A stretch of DNA of 64,000 nt from Candidatus Woesearchaeota archaeon (GCA_018675335.1 JABGYH010000006.1:17464-81463); one strand, 5' to 3'; shown: positions 9,876-19,771, numbered from the stretch's first letter. The notes: generated by a model not told the origin, from the sequence alone. A program made the numbers and translations.

Positions 9876-11069
9876 TCACCACTGTGTTTGTTGTTTTTTT
9901 TTCCTCTTTTTCAAAACAATTAATACTAAAATATTAAGTAATACAAGGACAGTTACAGCACCTATCAACATCCAATTAGTATCCCCATCAAAAGTTGAAG
10001 GTTTTTTCTCATCTTGACTTTTTTGAAACTCTTCTTGACTCAGAACAGTCACATTACCCTTATAATTAGAACTGCTCCCATCATAAAACAAAGTTATTCT
10101 TAAATCTTTATTTCCTGATGTTAAGCTTTGAGAATCTAAGTACGTAGACAATGTTCCCATTCCCATTTTATCTAATTTAATTGTAGGTGTCTGAGTAATA
10201 AGGTCATCAATAAATATTTTAGCATATATATTAACATTATTATTCCAATTACTCTTAACACGAACATCAAATGGAGCTATAATACCTGCAATTAATCTAG
10301 TAGTGTGACTCATAACACCTATATTTTTTGTTCCTACAAAAAAAGAATCGCTAAGATTTTCTTCAGGTTGACCATCATAATTAATAATTGCAGTTGCAGT
10401 ATATTTACCAGGGGGAAACCCAGTAGAATCAAAGTCTGCTTCCAAAAAAATCTGTTCAAAATAACCTACTGAAAGCTCATTTGTATAAAGCGTAGTAATA
10501 GAATTTTGTTGATCATCAAATACATTTATTGTTGCACTTATTTTATCAATTAAATTTGTTCCTAAATTTTGAACTGAAATTTGCATTTTTGCAATATCAT
10601 TCTCATTTAAATTAGGCGCATTTAATTCAGAATTAATTTTATACCCTTCATAAGGCATATTAATTATTATTTTTCCCCTCGCACTACCAATTGAACCCGT
10701 TCCTCCACTATTTAAACTAGATGTTGGCACTTCAGTTACCGTAACAAAATTAGTTATTTGTCCTTGTTCAATTAAAGTTTCAGGAAGGTTTACATGAACT
10801 TTAAAATTAAGTATCGCAGGATTTTTAATATTTTTTATATATTTAGGTTCAACAGTTATATACTCCGATAATTTACCAGACACAGTTATGTCATAATCCA
10901 GCACTAAAGGAGGCCTGTTTGCTTTTATACTATAAGTATACGTTTTTTTATCACCTGGTTTAAAATTAATTAATTTTCCAGGTCCTCCAACCGAGCCAAT
11001 ACCAATAGCTAAAATAGAATTAGTAAACATAATTAATATTACTATATATAACACAAATTTTAATTTCAT
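9876..11069 (-). CDS. Secreted surface protein with C-terminal TM helix plus poly-basic tail; candidate archaeosortase substrate
   Basis: N-terminal signal peptide 'MKLKFVLYIVILIMFTNSILAIG'. C-terminus 'NWMLIGAVTVLVLLNILVLIVLKKRKKKQQTQW' is a tripartite-like sorting signal (motif, TM, Lys/Arg cluster). No PGF motif. Confidence 0.45.
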   Translation of the reverse strand: MKLKFVLYIVILIMFTNSILAIGIGSVGGPGKLINFKPGDKKTYTYSIKANRPPLVLDYDITVSGKLSEYITVEPKYIKNIKNPAILNFKVHVNLPETLIEQGQITNFVTVTEVPTSSLNSGGTGSIGSARGKIIINMPYEGYKINSELNAPNLNENDIAKMQISVQNLGTNLIDKISATINVFDDQQNSITTLYTNELSVGYFEQIFLEADFDSTGFPPGKYTATAIINYDGQPEENLSDSFFVGTKNIGVMSHTTRLIAGIIAPFDVRVKSNWNNNVNIYAKIFIDDLITQTPTIKLDKMGMGTLSTYLDSQSLTSGNKDLRITLFYDGSSSNYKGNVTVLSQEEFQKSQDEKKPSTFDGDTNWMLIGAVTVLVLLNILVLIVLKKRKKKQQTQW

Positions 11070-11099
11070 TTTATAATAAATCCCCCTTTACAATAAAAG

Positions 11100-11118
11100 A
11101 AAAAAAAAAAAAAAAAAA
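11100..11118 (-). terminator. Oligo-T tract (T19 on the coding strand) 2 nt after the stop of the upstream surface-protein gene: archaeal-type intrinsic terminator
   Basis: 19 consecutive A on the + strand at 11100-11118, directly downstream of the TAA stop at 11120-11122 of the minus-strand gene. Confidence 0.5.
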
Positions 11119-11119
11119 C

Positions 11120-11797
11120 TTAGTCTGGATCCGCATCACAAGGAGTTTCAGAACATTCTGCTACAAAAGTCCAAGTTGCTGTCTGTCCACCTTTGTTTGC
11201 TCCTTTTGGAATTTTAACATATGATGATACACTTGTATCTTCTGCTACATCCAAGTCAGTACAAACTACTTGTGAACTTCCAGTAATTTCAGCATACGTT
11301 GGTATATCCCCATCAGCACACTCATTAACATAACTTCCTCCAGCTAAATTTGAAGCATACTTAAATGATGGCGCTACATCATTACACTGATCACAAATAA
11401 ATGATGTACTAACTAAACTTGAAGTAAAGTTAATTGACAAGTCAAAACTTCCATCATTGTGAATTTGAACTGCATCTGTAGGACAAACTAAATCAGGGAA
11501 TAAAGCATCGTTAGTTTCAGTTCCATTTCCAGACCAACACTCATAATATGTTGAATCATCACTACCATTTAATGTTGCACTACCAAACGCGATAGCAGAA
11601 TCAATAAATTCGAAACTTGAATACGCTGTAATGTTCAATGTAACTTCTCCATCTTGAGTTGTGTTTGTTCCGGACGCAAATCCAGTCACAACTGTAACTT
11701 TACCTAATTTATTCATACTTAATACTACGCCCCCTAAACTAACAACGATTGCTGCTACTAATAGGATAGCTAATGTTTTGTTTGAAACTTCTTCCAT
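11120..11797 (-). CDS. Cys-rich secreted/surface protein with N-terminal signal anchor; compositionally atypical (GC-rich)
   Basis: N-terminus 'MEEVSNKTLAILLVAAIVVSLGGVVLS'. About 10 Cys residues. Strong SD 'GAGGAGGT' upstream. Codon usage and GC are clearly above the window average. Confidence 0.45.
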   Translation of the reverse strand: MEEVSNKTLAILLVAAIVVSLGGVVLSMNKLGKVTVVTGFASGTNTTQDGEVTLNITAYSSFEFIDSAIAFGSATLNGSDDSTYYECWSGNGTETNDALFPDLVCPTDAVQIHNDGSFDLSINFTSSLVSTSFICDQCNDVAPSFKYASNLAGGSYVNECADGDIPTYAEITGSSQVVCTDLDVAEDTSVSSYVKIPKGANKGGQTATWTFVAECSETPCDADPD

Positions 11798-11817
11798 ATT
11801 ATATCAAACCTCCTCTT

Positions 11818-12147
11818 TTATTCTGTAGGATTTTCAGTTCCTTCAACTGCTTCTGGTTCTACTGGTGCAGGTTCTAAAACCGCTTCAGCTTCTACAGGTT
11901 GTTCTGCTGGTAATATCTCTAAACTTACTTCTGCATCTTTAGGCTCTACTGGTGCAGGCTCTGGCGCAGGTTGAATTATTTCTAATGAAACCTTTGCATC
12001 ACCTTTATCAGACGGACCTACGATATTAACATCAGTAGGTGCCTTACTAGCCATCTCTAATACTGTCACTGTACCAACAACTGAAACAACAAGTGTAAGA
12101 ACCAGCAAAATCAAAATAGTTTTTTTCGAAACGTCATCTTTTGCCAT
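11818..12147 (-). CDS. Small Pro/Glu/Ala/Val-rich repeat surface protein with N-terminal TM, paralogous N-terminus to the neighbour
   Basis: 'MAKDDVSKKTILILLVLTLVVSVVG' resembles the neighbour's 'EEVSNKTLAILLVAAIVVSLGG'. Internal repeat 'DAKVSLEIIQPAPEPAPVEP' / 'DAEVSLEILPAEQPVEAEA'. Perfect SD 'AAAGGAGGTAAGTAAT ATG'. GC-rich. Confidence 0.4.
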   Translation of the reverse strand: MAKDDVSKKTILILLVLTLVVSVVGTVTVLEMASKAPTDVNIVGPSDKGDAKVSLEIIQPAPEPAPVEPKDAEVSLEILPAEQPVEAEAVLEPAPVEPEAVEGTENPTE

Positions 12148-12415
12148 ATTACTTACCTCCTTTTAAGAAACTTTGTTTTTAAAAAAACTCCATTTCTTCA
12201 CCTTAAAAATTAAATTATTGTACTGAATACAAAAAATTATATTTAAAGCTTTCTATTTTTTGGCCTTTTTTCCATACCAGGACCCAAATAACGCCACTGA
12301 AACGACCAAGAAGTAGTAAACATAAAAAACAACTAAAAAACCAATAAATTTCACTACTTAATCATAGTTAAATAACCAAAAGATATTTAAATGATTAAAT
12401 TCTTTACCAACTAAA

Positions 12416-12937
12416 ATGTGGGCCGACTTACTACATAAAATTTGTATTTTCTTAATAATTATAATTTTAATAACATTAGGTTGGACTGCAAATGATATCA
12501 TCAGTGAAAGCCTAGAAATAAAATATGAAAAACCATTCGCATTTTCAATTAAAGAAATAACTAAAAGTACAGAAATTAGTTCTCCCTCAAATCACATTAA
12601 AGAAAACCAAATTCATGTTTACCAAGATTTAATCATTTTAGATATAAAAAACGCTAGTTGGGGTAGTTTTACAGATACTAATAGCATGGATCCATTCTTA
12701 GATCAAGGCTCAAATAGCATCGAAATCAAACCAACAAAACAATCACAAATTCAAGTAGGAGATATTATTTCTTATGAAAACTCTAAAAAAGAAATCATAA
12801 TTCACAGAGTAATAGAAAAAGGACTTGATTCAGAAGGTACTTATTATATACTTAAAGGAGATAATAATCAAGGTAAAGATCATCAAAAAGTACGGTTCAA
12901 TCAAATCAAAGGAATTTTAGTTGGAATAATTTACTAA
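12416..12937 (+). CDS. Signal peptidase I (S26B, Sec11-like archaeal type)
   Basis: N-terminal TM. 'TNSMDPFL' (Ser box), 'IIHRVIE' (His box) and 'LKGDNNQ' (GDNN box). Confidence 0.6.
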   Translation: MWADLLHKICIFLIIIILITLGWTANDIISESLEIKYEKPFAFSIKEITKSTEISSPSNHIKENQIHVYQDLIILDIKNASWGSFTDTNSMDPFLDQGSNSIEIKPTKQSQIQVGDIISYENSKKEIIIHRVIEKGLDSEGTYYILKGDNNQGKDHQKVRFNQIKGILVGIIY

Positions 12938-12947
12938 TCAAACCAAA

Positions 12948-13799
12948 ATGGTTTTTCAAGAAGAAGCTAAATATTTAAGAGAATGCCAAACAAGGGTCAT
13001 AATCCCTGTTCCAACTAGGTCAGGAATTGAAAAATTTCTATTTCACCAAGATAAAAATTCTCAAACAGGACAAGAATCTCACATTAAATCAATTGGGGGA
13101 ATAGTTGACTTAGGTGATTTAAGCATTACTGAAAGATTATCTTTAGAAGTTTCTCAAGAATTAGGTGCAGAATTAGTTTATGTTGAACCATTTTATGTTG
13201 CAATTGATTCAAGAACAGATTCTACAACTGGCTCAACAGTTCATTCAGTTATTCATTATTATTGGGGAAAATTAAAAAGAACGCCCCCTGAAGGAATCAT
13301 AACTCCTGATAAAACATTAATTACTCCCTCAGGTGCAAAAATACATCTCCCTAACATAACTCCTGATGAAAATGGAGATATCACACACAGAATTAAACAT
13401 TTAACAAGGGATGATGTTCAAACAATGTGTTATGATGGCACTCGAAGAGCAGTAGATCAATTAAATGATTTAAGTTTAAATGAACGCGCAAAATCTAGAG
13501 ACTATACTCTTTCACAAGAATATGTTAGTTTAGTTCAACAAATGACTGGTAAAAAAATTTCTCAAAAATGCCAACTTATTCTCAGACCATATAAAAAGCA
13601 TGCAATCAAAGGATTAAAAGAAGCTCAATTATTAATTATGACTGATTTATTTTGGCACAATACAAGACTTACTTGGAATAGAAGAAAACATGCTAGTTTA
13701 AAAAAACAAGTGAAAACTTATGCGCGATCTAAAAAATTCAAAACAGAGATTCAAAAACTATTTGAAGGAGGCCAATTATACTTAAAATATTTTCAATAA
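12948..13799 (+). CDS. Hypothetical protein
   Basis: 283 aa ORF with no motif I can assign. Coding-like composition. Confidence 0.3.
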   Translation: MVFQEEAKYLRECQTRVIIPVPTRSGIEKFLFHQDKNSQTGQESHIKSIGGIVDLGDLSITERLSLEVSQELGAELVYVEPFYVAIDSRTDSTTGSTVHSVIHYYWGKLKRTPPEGIITPDKTLITPSGAKIHLPNITPDENGDITHRIKHLTRDDVQTMCYDGTRRAVDQLNDLSLNERAKSRDYTLSQEYVSLVQQMTGKKISQKCQLILRPYKKHAIKGLKEAQLLIMTDLFWHNTRLTWNRRKHASLKKQVKTYARSKKFKTEIQKLFEGGQLYLKYFQ

Positions 13800-13928
13800 T
13801 AAAAAATAATCTAACATATTATACTCCCATCATATAGTGCACTCTCAATCATAAGTAACCAAATCCACATATAAAAAAAATTATTTCTTCAACAAATTAT
13901 TTAAACACTTAGTTCTTATTCTTAATTT

Positions 13929-14849
13929 ATGACCCAAAATATACCCTACCATGTTCTTGCAGATCCAGAAAAAATAAAAAAAATCGAACAAGCAGGAAAA
14001 ATTGCAGCAGAAGCATTACAATATGGCAAATCACTCATAAAACCAGGAGTTTTACTACTAGATGTTGCAACCAAAGTAGAAAAAAAAATATTTGATATGG
14101 GTGGAAAGCTAGCATTCCCAGTTAACATCTCACTAAATCAAACCGCAGCACATTACACTCCCATCCCTCAAGATAAATCAGTTTTTACTGATGAAATTAT
14201 TAAATTAGATGTTGGAGCACACGTTGATGGATTTATTGGAGACAATGCACTTACAGTTGACTTATCAAATCAACATTCTGATTTAGTTAAAGCTTCACGC
14301 GATGCACTTAATGCAGCAATTAAAACAATTCGAGTCGGAGTAACATTAGGTGAAATTGGAAAAGCAATACAAGAAACAATTGAAAGTTCAGGATTTAAAC
14401 CAATTAAAAATCTTAGCGGTCATGGACTCGGAGAATACGAACAACATAGCGGAATTAGCATTCCAAATTACAATACAGGAGATACAACTGAATTAAATGA
14501 AGGGCAACACATCGCAATTGAACCTTTTGCCACAAATGGAATAGGACTCATTGTTGAAAAAGGAAATCCATTCATTTATTCCCAAGTAATCAAAAAACCA
14601 GTTAGAAGTCAAATAACCCGCGAAGTTCTTAAATTAATTGAATCATACAAAGGACTACCTTTCGCAACTAGATGGATCACAGATAAATATCCTTTGTTCA
14701 AAGCAAATTTTGCAATAAGAGAATTAACACAAATTAATTTAATTAGGGGTTACGCACCATTAGTTGAAAAACGAGATGGACTCGTTAGTCAAGCAGAACA
14801 TAGTCTTATCGTCGGAGATAAACCTAAAATTACAACAAAAATAGATTAA
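13929..14849 (+). CDS. map: Methionine aminopeptidase, type 2 (archaeal/eukaryotic-type)
   Basis: 'AHYTPIP', 'DVGAHVDGFIGDNALT' and 'GHGLGEYEQHSG' metal-ligand motifs. About 300 aa, typical of archaeal MetAP2. Confidence 0.9.
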   Translation: MTQNIPYHVLADPEKIKKIEQAGKIAAEALQYGKSLIKPGVLLLDVATKVEKKIFDMGGKLAFPVNISLNQTAAHYTPIPQDKSVFTDEIIKLDVGAHVDGFIGDNALTVDLSNQHSDLVKASRDALNAAIKTIRVGVTLGEIGKAIQETIESSGFKPIKNLSGHGLGEYEQHSGISIPNYNTGDTTELNEGQHIAIEPFATNGIGLIVEKGNPFIYSQVIKKPVRSQITREVLKLIESYKGLPFATRWITDKYPLFKANFAIRELTQINLIRGYAPLVEKRDGLVSQAEHSLIVGDKPKITTKID

Positions 14850-14865
14850 ATAACCAAAACACAAC

Positions 14866-14935
14866 TAAGTGTTGCCTTGGCAATCCAGCATAAAAAAGTT
14901 CGATTCATGCAGAACTTTTTATTGTTTATGTGACA
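14866..14935. terminator. Candidate bidirectional terminator region between convergent map and hisS (two short hairpins plus T-tracts)
   Basis: Hairpin TTGCC-tt-GGCAA at 14872-14883. GCAT...ATGC stem at 14888-14910, followed by TTTTTATTGTTT. Confidence 0.3.
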
Positions 14936-15008
14936 CACAGTATCAAAAAAAATGCCGCAACACTTCACCTAAACACCCAATTTAATAACAAAAAAAAGAA
15001 AAAAAACT

Positions 15009-16325
15009 TTATTTAAGTTTTTCACAAACTTCTTTTATACTAAGTAAACTTTCTTCACCCGAACTCATATCTCTTAATTTTACTTTATCTTGATCAAGTT
15101 CATCTTGACCTACAAAGATCACAAAAGGAATATTAAATGAGTTTGCATAATTTAAATTTTTTGATATGCTTCTATTCACTAAATCAATATCACAATTTAT
15201 TCCTGAGTCTCTTAATTTTTCAGCAATCTTATTTGATTCAGTAAATGTTTTAATTGGAATAACATATGCTTTCACAGTTGTTTTTTTCAGTTCTATTTTT
15301 TTTGAGAGTTTCATTACTTCAACAATAGGTTCAAGTCCAAAACTTATCCCAACTGCAGGAAATTCTTTTTTAGATTCAAGATAATCTCCAATCATATTAT
15401 CATATCTCCCCCCAGCAGACAATGATGAAGTAAATTTAATTTTCTTACCATTTTCATCCTCAAAGTCTTGATTTTTTAAAACTACTTCAAACACCGTTCC
15501 AGTATAATAACTCAATCCCCTTGCAAGTGAAGGTCTAAATACGACATCATCACCACTAACATAGGTAAATAATTCAATTAATTTATTAAGCGCTAGTTTT
15601 GTTTCTTCTTTTTGTGCTACTAATTTAATTTTATCAATTTTTTCTTTATTTGTGCCTGATACTGTCAATAAATCTAATAATTCAGAAATCTTTGATGCGT
15701 CAAGCGAACTACTAATGTTTAAAATTGCTTCTTTTACGGCTATTATTCCAATTTTTTTTAGTTTATCAATTTCAAGAATTACGTCAACCAACAAATCATC
15801 AGAAATCTCAAATTCTCGAAGTATTGCTTCCAATAAATCTCTGCTATTAATTTCGATTTTCACTTCCAAATCTAATTGTTTGAACACTTTTTGAGCTATT
15901 TGAACGCATTGAGCATCAGAACTAATGGATTTAGCTCCAACAATATCTACATCACATTGCCAAAATTCTCTATATCTTCCAAGTTTAATAGGTCCATCTC
16001 GAAATACTCTTCCAATTTGATATCGTTTGAACGGCATTTTCATTGTTGGATTCATGCCCACAAATCGAGAAAATGGAACAGTTAAGTCATATCTTAAGCC
16101 TAATTCTCTATCTCCTTGGTCTTTAAATTGAAATGTTTCCTTAAGAATTTCTGATCCTCCAGCATATTTTGCAGCTAAAATATCCATTCTTTCAATTAAT
16201 GGCGTTTCAATAGGTACAAATCCATATAATTCAAAAACAGTTTTGAGTTTTTCAACAATTTCCTGTCTAGGTATTTTTTCTTCAGGTACAAAATCTCTTA
16301 CTCCGCGAGCATTCATTAAATTCAT
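15009..16325 (-). CDS. hisS: Histidyl-tRNA synthetase
   Basis: 'ARGVRDFVPEE', 'GLRYDLTVPFSRF' and 'FKRYQIGRVFRDGP..GRYREFWQCDVDIVG' class II HisRS motifs. The hydrophobic 26 aa N-terminal extension in the ORF track is probably spurious. Start is taken at 'MNLMNARG', which has a GGTGA RBS. Confidence 0.9.
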   Translation of the reverse strand: MNLMNARGVRDFVPEEKIPRQEIVEKLKTVFELYGFVPIETPLIERMDILAAKYAGGSEILKETFQFKDQGDRELGLRYDLTVPFSRFVGMNPTMKMPFKRYQIGRVFRDGPIKLGRYREFWQCDVDIVGAKSISSDAQCVQIAQKVFKQLDLEVKIEINSRDLLEAILREFEISDDLLVDVILEIDKLKKIGIIAVKEAILNISSSLDASKISELLDLLTVSGTNKEKIDKIKLVAQKEETKLALNKLIELFTYVSGDDVVFRPSLARGLSYYTGTVFEVVLKNQDFEDENGKKIKFTSSLSAGGRYDNMIGDYLESKKEFPAVGISFGLEPIVEVMKLSKKIELKKTTVKAYVIPIKTFTESNKIAEKLRDSGINCDIDLVNRSISKNLNYANSFNIPFVIFVGQDELDQDKVKLRDMSSGEESLLSIKEVCEKLK

Positions 16326-16532
16326 AATTATCACCATAATTAAACATTTTTCAATAATTAAACATTTTAAAGTAAATATCAAAAACATTAAAATTAAAAA
16401 CAAAAAAATATTAAAAAAAACATTAAAAAAACATTAAAAGGAAGATGATTTCTTTTCTTTTAAATAATTTATGAAATAAAACCCCTAAAACCCAAAATTA
16501 ACTCTAAAGTATTTTAACCATAAAATTTATAA

Positions 16533-17840
16533 ATGCCAGCACCATTATTGAATTGTGGTGCTTTCATGAAGAACCGTTCTAACAATGACCTTAGCGTACA
16601 TGCTATGTTGCAGTCTCAACTTCAAGTAGATCCAAATCAATTTTATTCACTCATGCTAGAACAACAACCTCAATTTGTAGTTCGCGAACTTATCAAAAGT
16701 GGACTGAAATTAACTCCTGACAACATCAAAAAATTTCTTGTTTTTTCTGCATTCGGAATTCATCGAATCGATTTTATCAAAAATATCCAATTACAATCTG
16801 ATTATAAAGAAAGAATAATTCGAGTAAATGGCAGCTCAATTGATACAAATGATGCATTTGAATATTTATTTAAAGAAGTGGATCTAAGTCTTACAGGAGT
16901 AAGCGAAGAATTATTAAAAAAATGCAGATATGGCTGTTCAAAAATTTTTAAATATGCACACGACAAACATTTAGAAACAGGAAAAAAAAGACAAGGTGCA
17001 AATTTTTATTTTATCCACGTTATTCGCGCGTGGGAATTGCTCGATAGCAAATTAATTAACATTTCTCAAAATAAAACAGAATTAATCAGAAATACTATTT
17101 TTCTTCATGATGTTGTAGAAGAAATGCAAAGCTATCGTGAAAAACAATTTAGCAATTTACTTTTAACTAAAATGAGTAGTAAAGTACATTCTGTTCCAAA
17201 TTCAGATGTTACTAATTTAATTAGTTCAAAAATTATTTCTAAACAAGAACAAAAATTAACAACTGAAATTATGTCTGATGAAACATTAAAAACATTATAT
17301 GAAGAAATTCTTAATCCCCCTGAATATCAAGAAATTATGGAACTTATGAATACTCCTTTAATCGCAAAACAAGTTGTATCCTTTGTATGGGCAGTAACTA
17401 AACAAGCAGAAAGCATAGATGCTTCATTAAATAGGCTTGTTGACGTTTCAAAAAAGATGTTTATTGAACATAACGAAAATTATGATGTTCCAGTCCTAGT
17501 AAAGTTAGGAGATTCTTTAGATAACACATCAACACTTCCTGAAAGTGGAGCTTCAGCACAACTTAATCGGTTCAAAAAAAATCTTTATTTTTTAAAAGCA
17601 CTTGATGAAAATTTAATTATACCTCATAAAATTCAAAATGAAAATATTATTAGACTACGCCAAGACTTAATTGAATGTAGCACAGAATCCATTAAACGAC
17701 TTTTTGACAAATATGCAATAGAAAAAGATTGTAATCGCAAAACATATACCAATGTCGAAAAAAGAGATTATGCAGTCATTCTAAAAAAACTCACATTCTA
17801 TAATAATCAATTTAAAATATTAAATAAAAGAAAATTCTAA
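16533..17840 (+). CDS. Hypothetical protein with possible RelA/SpoT-type HD (HD_4) metal-dependent phosphohydrolase motif
   Basis: 'FIHVIRAWELLDS...TIFLHDVVEE' fits the H...(30 aa)...HD spacing of HD domains. The rest is unassigned. Confidence 0.3.
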   Translation: MPAPLLNCGAFMKNRSNNDLSVHAMLQSQLQVDPNQFYSLMLEQQPQFVVRELIKSGLKLTPDNIKKFLVFSAFGIHRIDFIKNIQLQSDYKERIIRVNGSSIDTNDAFEYLFKEVDLSLTGVSEELLKKCRYGCSKIFKYAHDKHLETGKKRQGANFYFIHVIRAWELLDSKLINISQNKTELIRNTIFLHDVVEEMQSYREKQFSNLLLTKMSSKVHSVPNSDVTNLISSKIISKQEQKLTTEIMSDETLKTLYEEILNPPEYQEIMELMNTPLIAKQVVSFVWAVTKQAESIDASLNRLVDVSKKMFIEHNENYDVPVLVKLGDSLDNTSTLPESGASAQLNRFKKNLYFLKALDENLIIPHKIQNENIIRLRQDLIECSTESIKRLFDKYAIEKDCNRKTYTNVEKRDYAVILKKLTFYNNQFKILNKRKF

Positions 17841-17883
17841 AAACTCACTAAATTAATAAAAATCAACTAACAAATATAAATTA

Positions 17884-18564
17884 CTAATTTGACTTTTCTT
17901 TCTTATTTTTTTTCATTTTATATCTTCCACGAAGTTCTACTTGATCGAGTCTCTTAATAACTTCGCATCCAATATCATAATGCTCAGAATAGCTTTCAAG
18001 CAAAAACTCATATGCTTTTTCAAATATTTTATAATGTTTTGATTCTAATGCTTGTTTTATTAAATGTAAATCTACTGCTCTATCTTCTATTTTATCTGAA
18101 AAAAAACTAAGTCCGAAATCAATAAAATAAATTTTATTTTCAGAATCACCCAAAATCATATTAGAAGTTGTTAAATCACCATGCATAATTCCATTTTTAT
18201 GCATTAATGCAATATTTTTTCCAATTTCGATGCTAAACTTTTCAAAATTAGTTTCAAAAACATCTCGTAACTTAGACCCTTTTACAAAACTCATCTGAAT
18301 AACCATATTTTTTTCATCAACACGTTCCAATTTAGGTCCAAGAACTCCAGTTGATCTTAATTTGTCCATAACTTTGGCTTCTCTTTTTGTTCTAAATTTT
18401 CGAAGTTTTAAATCAAGATCGAAATGTCTAAATTTTTTTTCAAATCTATATTTAAACACATATTCTTTAGACTCATCAACATAAATTATAGCTTCAGCAC
18501 CTTGAGCTATAGGTTCTCCTAATAAAGACCCATCAAAAGGTTCATTAATTAAATTTGCACTCAT
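17884..18564 (-). CDS. Bud32/PRPK-type serine/threonine kinase (KEOPS subunit)
   Basis: 'AQGAEAIIY' Gly-loop variant, 'HGDLTTSNMIL' catalytic loop and 'IDFGLS'. 226 aa, typical Bud32 size. Confidence 0.75.
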   Translation of the reverse strand: MSANLINEPFDGSLLGEPIAQGAEAIIYVDESKEYVFKYRFEKKFRHFDLDLKLRKFRTKREAKVMDKLRSTGVLGPKLERVDEKNMVIQMSFVKGSKLRDVFETNFEKFSIEIGKNIALMHKNGIMHGDLTTSNMILGDSENKIYFIDFGLSFFSDKIEDRAVDLHLIKQALESKHYKIFEKAYEFLLESYSEHYDIGCEVIKRLDQVELRGRYKMKKNKKEKSN

Positions 18565-18740
18565 AATTTTTATTTTACCCTAACTTTTTATAAGTTTTAT
18601 GGAAATCTTAGATATATATCACCCTCTCGCCCAAAATCACCACACAACTCGAATATTATATTATAGACAATCATCACATTTTAACCAAATAAAATATCTT
18701 AGATAAATTTATAAGGAAAAACACAACTCACTTTAATTCT

Positions 18741-19313
18741 ATGACTAAAGTATTTTTAATTCATGGAGCGTATGGAACTCCTACCGAAAACTGGTTTCCT
18801 TGGCTAAAAAAAGAATTAGAAAAACTTAATTGTCAAGTTTTTGTTCCTAAATTTCCAACACCACAAAACCAAACACTTCAAAATTGGTTTTTTGCATTTA
18901 ATTCTTATTTATCAAAACTTGATGAAAATTCAATTGTTATCGGACATAGTTTAGGTCCTGCATTTTTAATGAGAGTCTTAGAAACAACTAATTCAACCAC
19001 TCTTTCAAAACCCATCAAATCTGCATTTTTTATTGCACCATTTATTGATTTTTTAGATAATCCCGAATTTGACGAAATTAATAGAACGTTTATTGAAAAT
19101 AATTTTGATTGGAAAAAAATAAAATCAAATTGTAAAAAATTCGTTATTTATCATTCAGATAATGATCCTTATGTGAATTTAAAATATGCAAAATATGTTG
19201 CAACTAAACTTAATGTGGATATAAATATAATTCCTAACGCAGGACACTTCAATCAAGCTTCAGGCTATTTACAATTTACAAAACTTTTAGAAGACATTAA
19301 AAAAGAATTATAA
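18741..19313 (+). CDS. Alpha/beta hydrolase, RBBP9/YdeN family serine hydrolase
   Basis: 'VIGHSLGP' nucleophile elbow and 'YHSDNDPYV'. About 190 aa. Confidence 0.55.
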   Translation: MTKVFLIHGAYGTPTENWFPWLKKELEKLNCQVFVPKFPTPQNQTLQNWFFAFNSYLSKLDENSIVIGHSLGPAFLMRVLETTNSTTLSKPIKSAFFIAPFIDFLDNPEFDEINRTFIENNFDWKKIKSNCKKFVIYHSDNDPYVNLKYAKYVATKLNVDINIIPNAGHFNQASGYLQFTKLLEDIKKEL

Positions 19314-19342
19314 CAAATCAAAAAACGCACAAAAAAACAAAT

Positions 19343-19771
19343 TTAAAAATTTCCTGTATGCCCAAATTTTCCATCTCCCCTATCAGTTTGCTCAAGAGTT
19401 TCGGTGTCTACTAGTGTTGCGCTAACAACTGGTTGTATCAGCATTTGTGCAATTCTCATTCCGATTTCAACTTTAAAATCTTCTTTACTTAAATTATACA
19501 AAATTACTCCTATTTCTCCACGATAACTTGAATCAATTACCCCACCCATTGATTTTATTGAATATTTTGCAGCCATCCCAGATCGATCCCAAATTAAACC
19601 AACATAACCTTCAGGTATTGCAAGTTTTATTCCAGTTTTTATAATTTCTTTTTGTCCTGCAAGAATAATTTTTTCTTCGGTACTTCGAAGATCAAATCCC
19701 GCATCACCCGGACGAGCATAAACTGGACTGGGATGATCTTTAGAAAGTTTATTAATTTTAACCTCAACCAT
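19343..19771 (-). CDS. dut: dUTP diphosphatase (trimeric dUTPase)
   Basis: 'DRSGMAAKYSI', 'GVIDSSYRGEIGVILYN' and 'RIAQMLIQPV' dUTPase motifs. Start is taken at 'MVEVKINK', which has an AAGAGGT RBS. Confidence 0.8.
   Translation of the reverse strand: MVEVKINKLSKDHPSPVYARPGDAGFDLRSTEEKIILAGQKEIIKTGIKLAIPEGYVGLIWDRSGMAAKYSIKSMGGVIDSSYRGEIGVILYNLSKEDFKVEIGMRIAQMLIQPVVSATLVDTETLEQTDRGDGKFGHTGNF

Noticed and set aside
11100-11118. A19 homopolymer considered as a slipped-strand phase-variation switch for the surface-protein genes
   Set aside because: It lies between the stop of one gene and the start of the next on the coding strand as oligo-T. It is therefore better explained as an archaeal oligo-T terminator. 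Length hypervariability is possible but would not alter a reading frame.
15166-16437. Several 64-80 aa + strand ORFs overlapping hisS, plus a 26 aa hydrophobic N-terminal extension of hisS itself
   Set aside because: HisRS homology starts at MNLMNARG, which has its own RBS. The upstream Met codons and the antisense ORFs are low-complexity chance ORFs.
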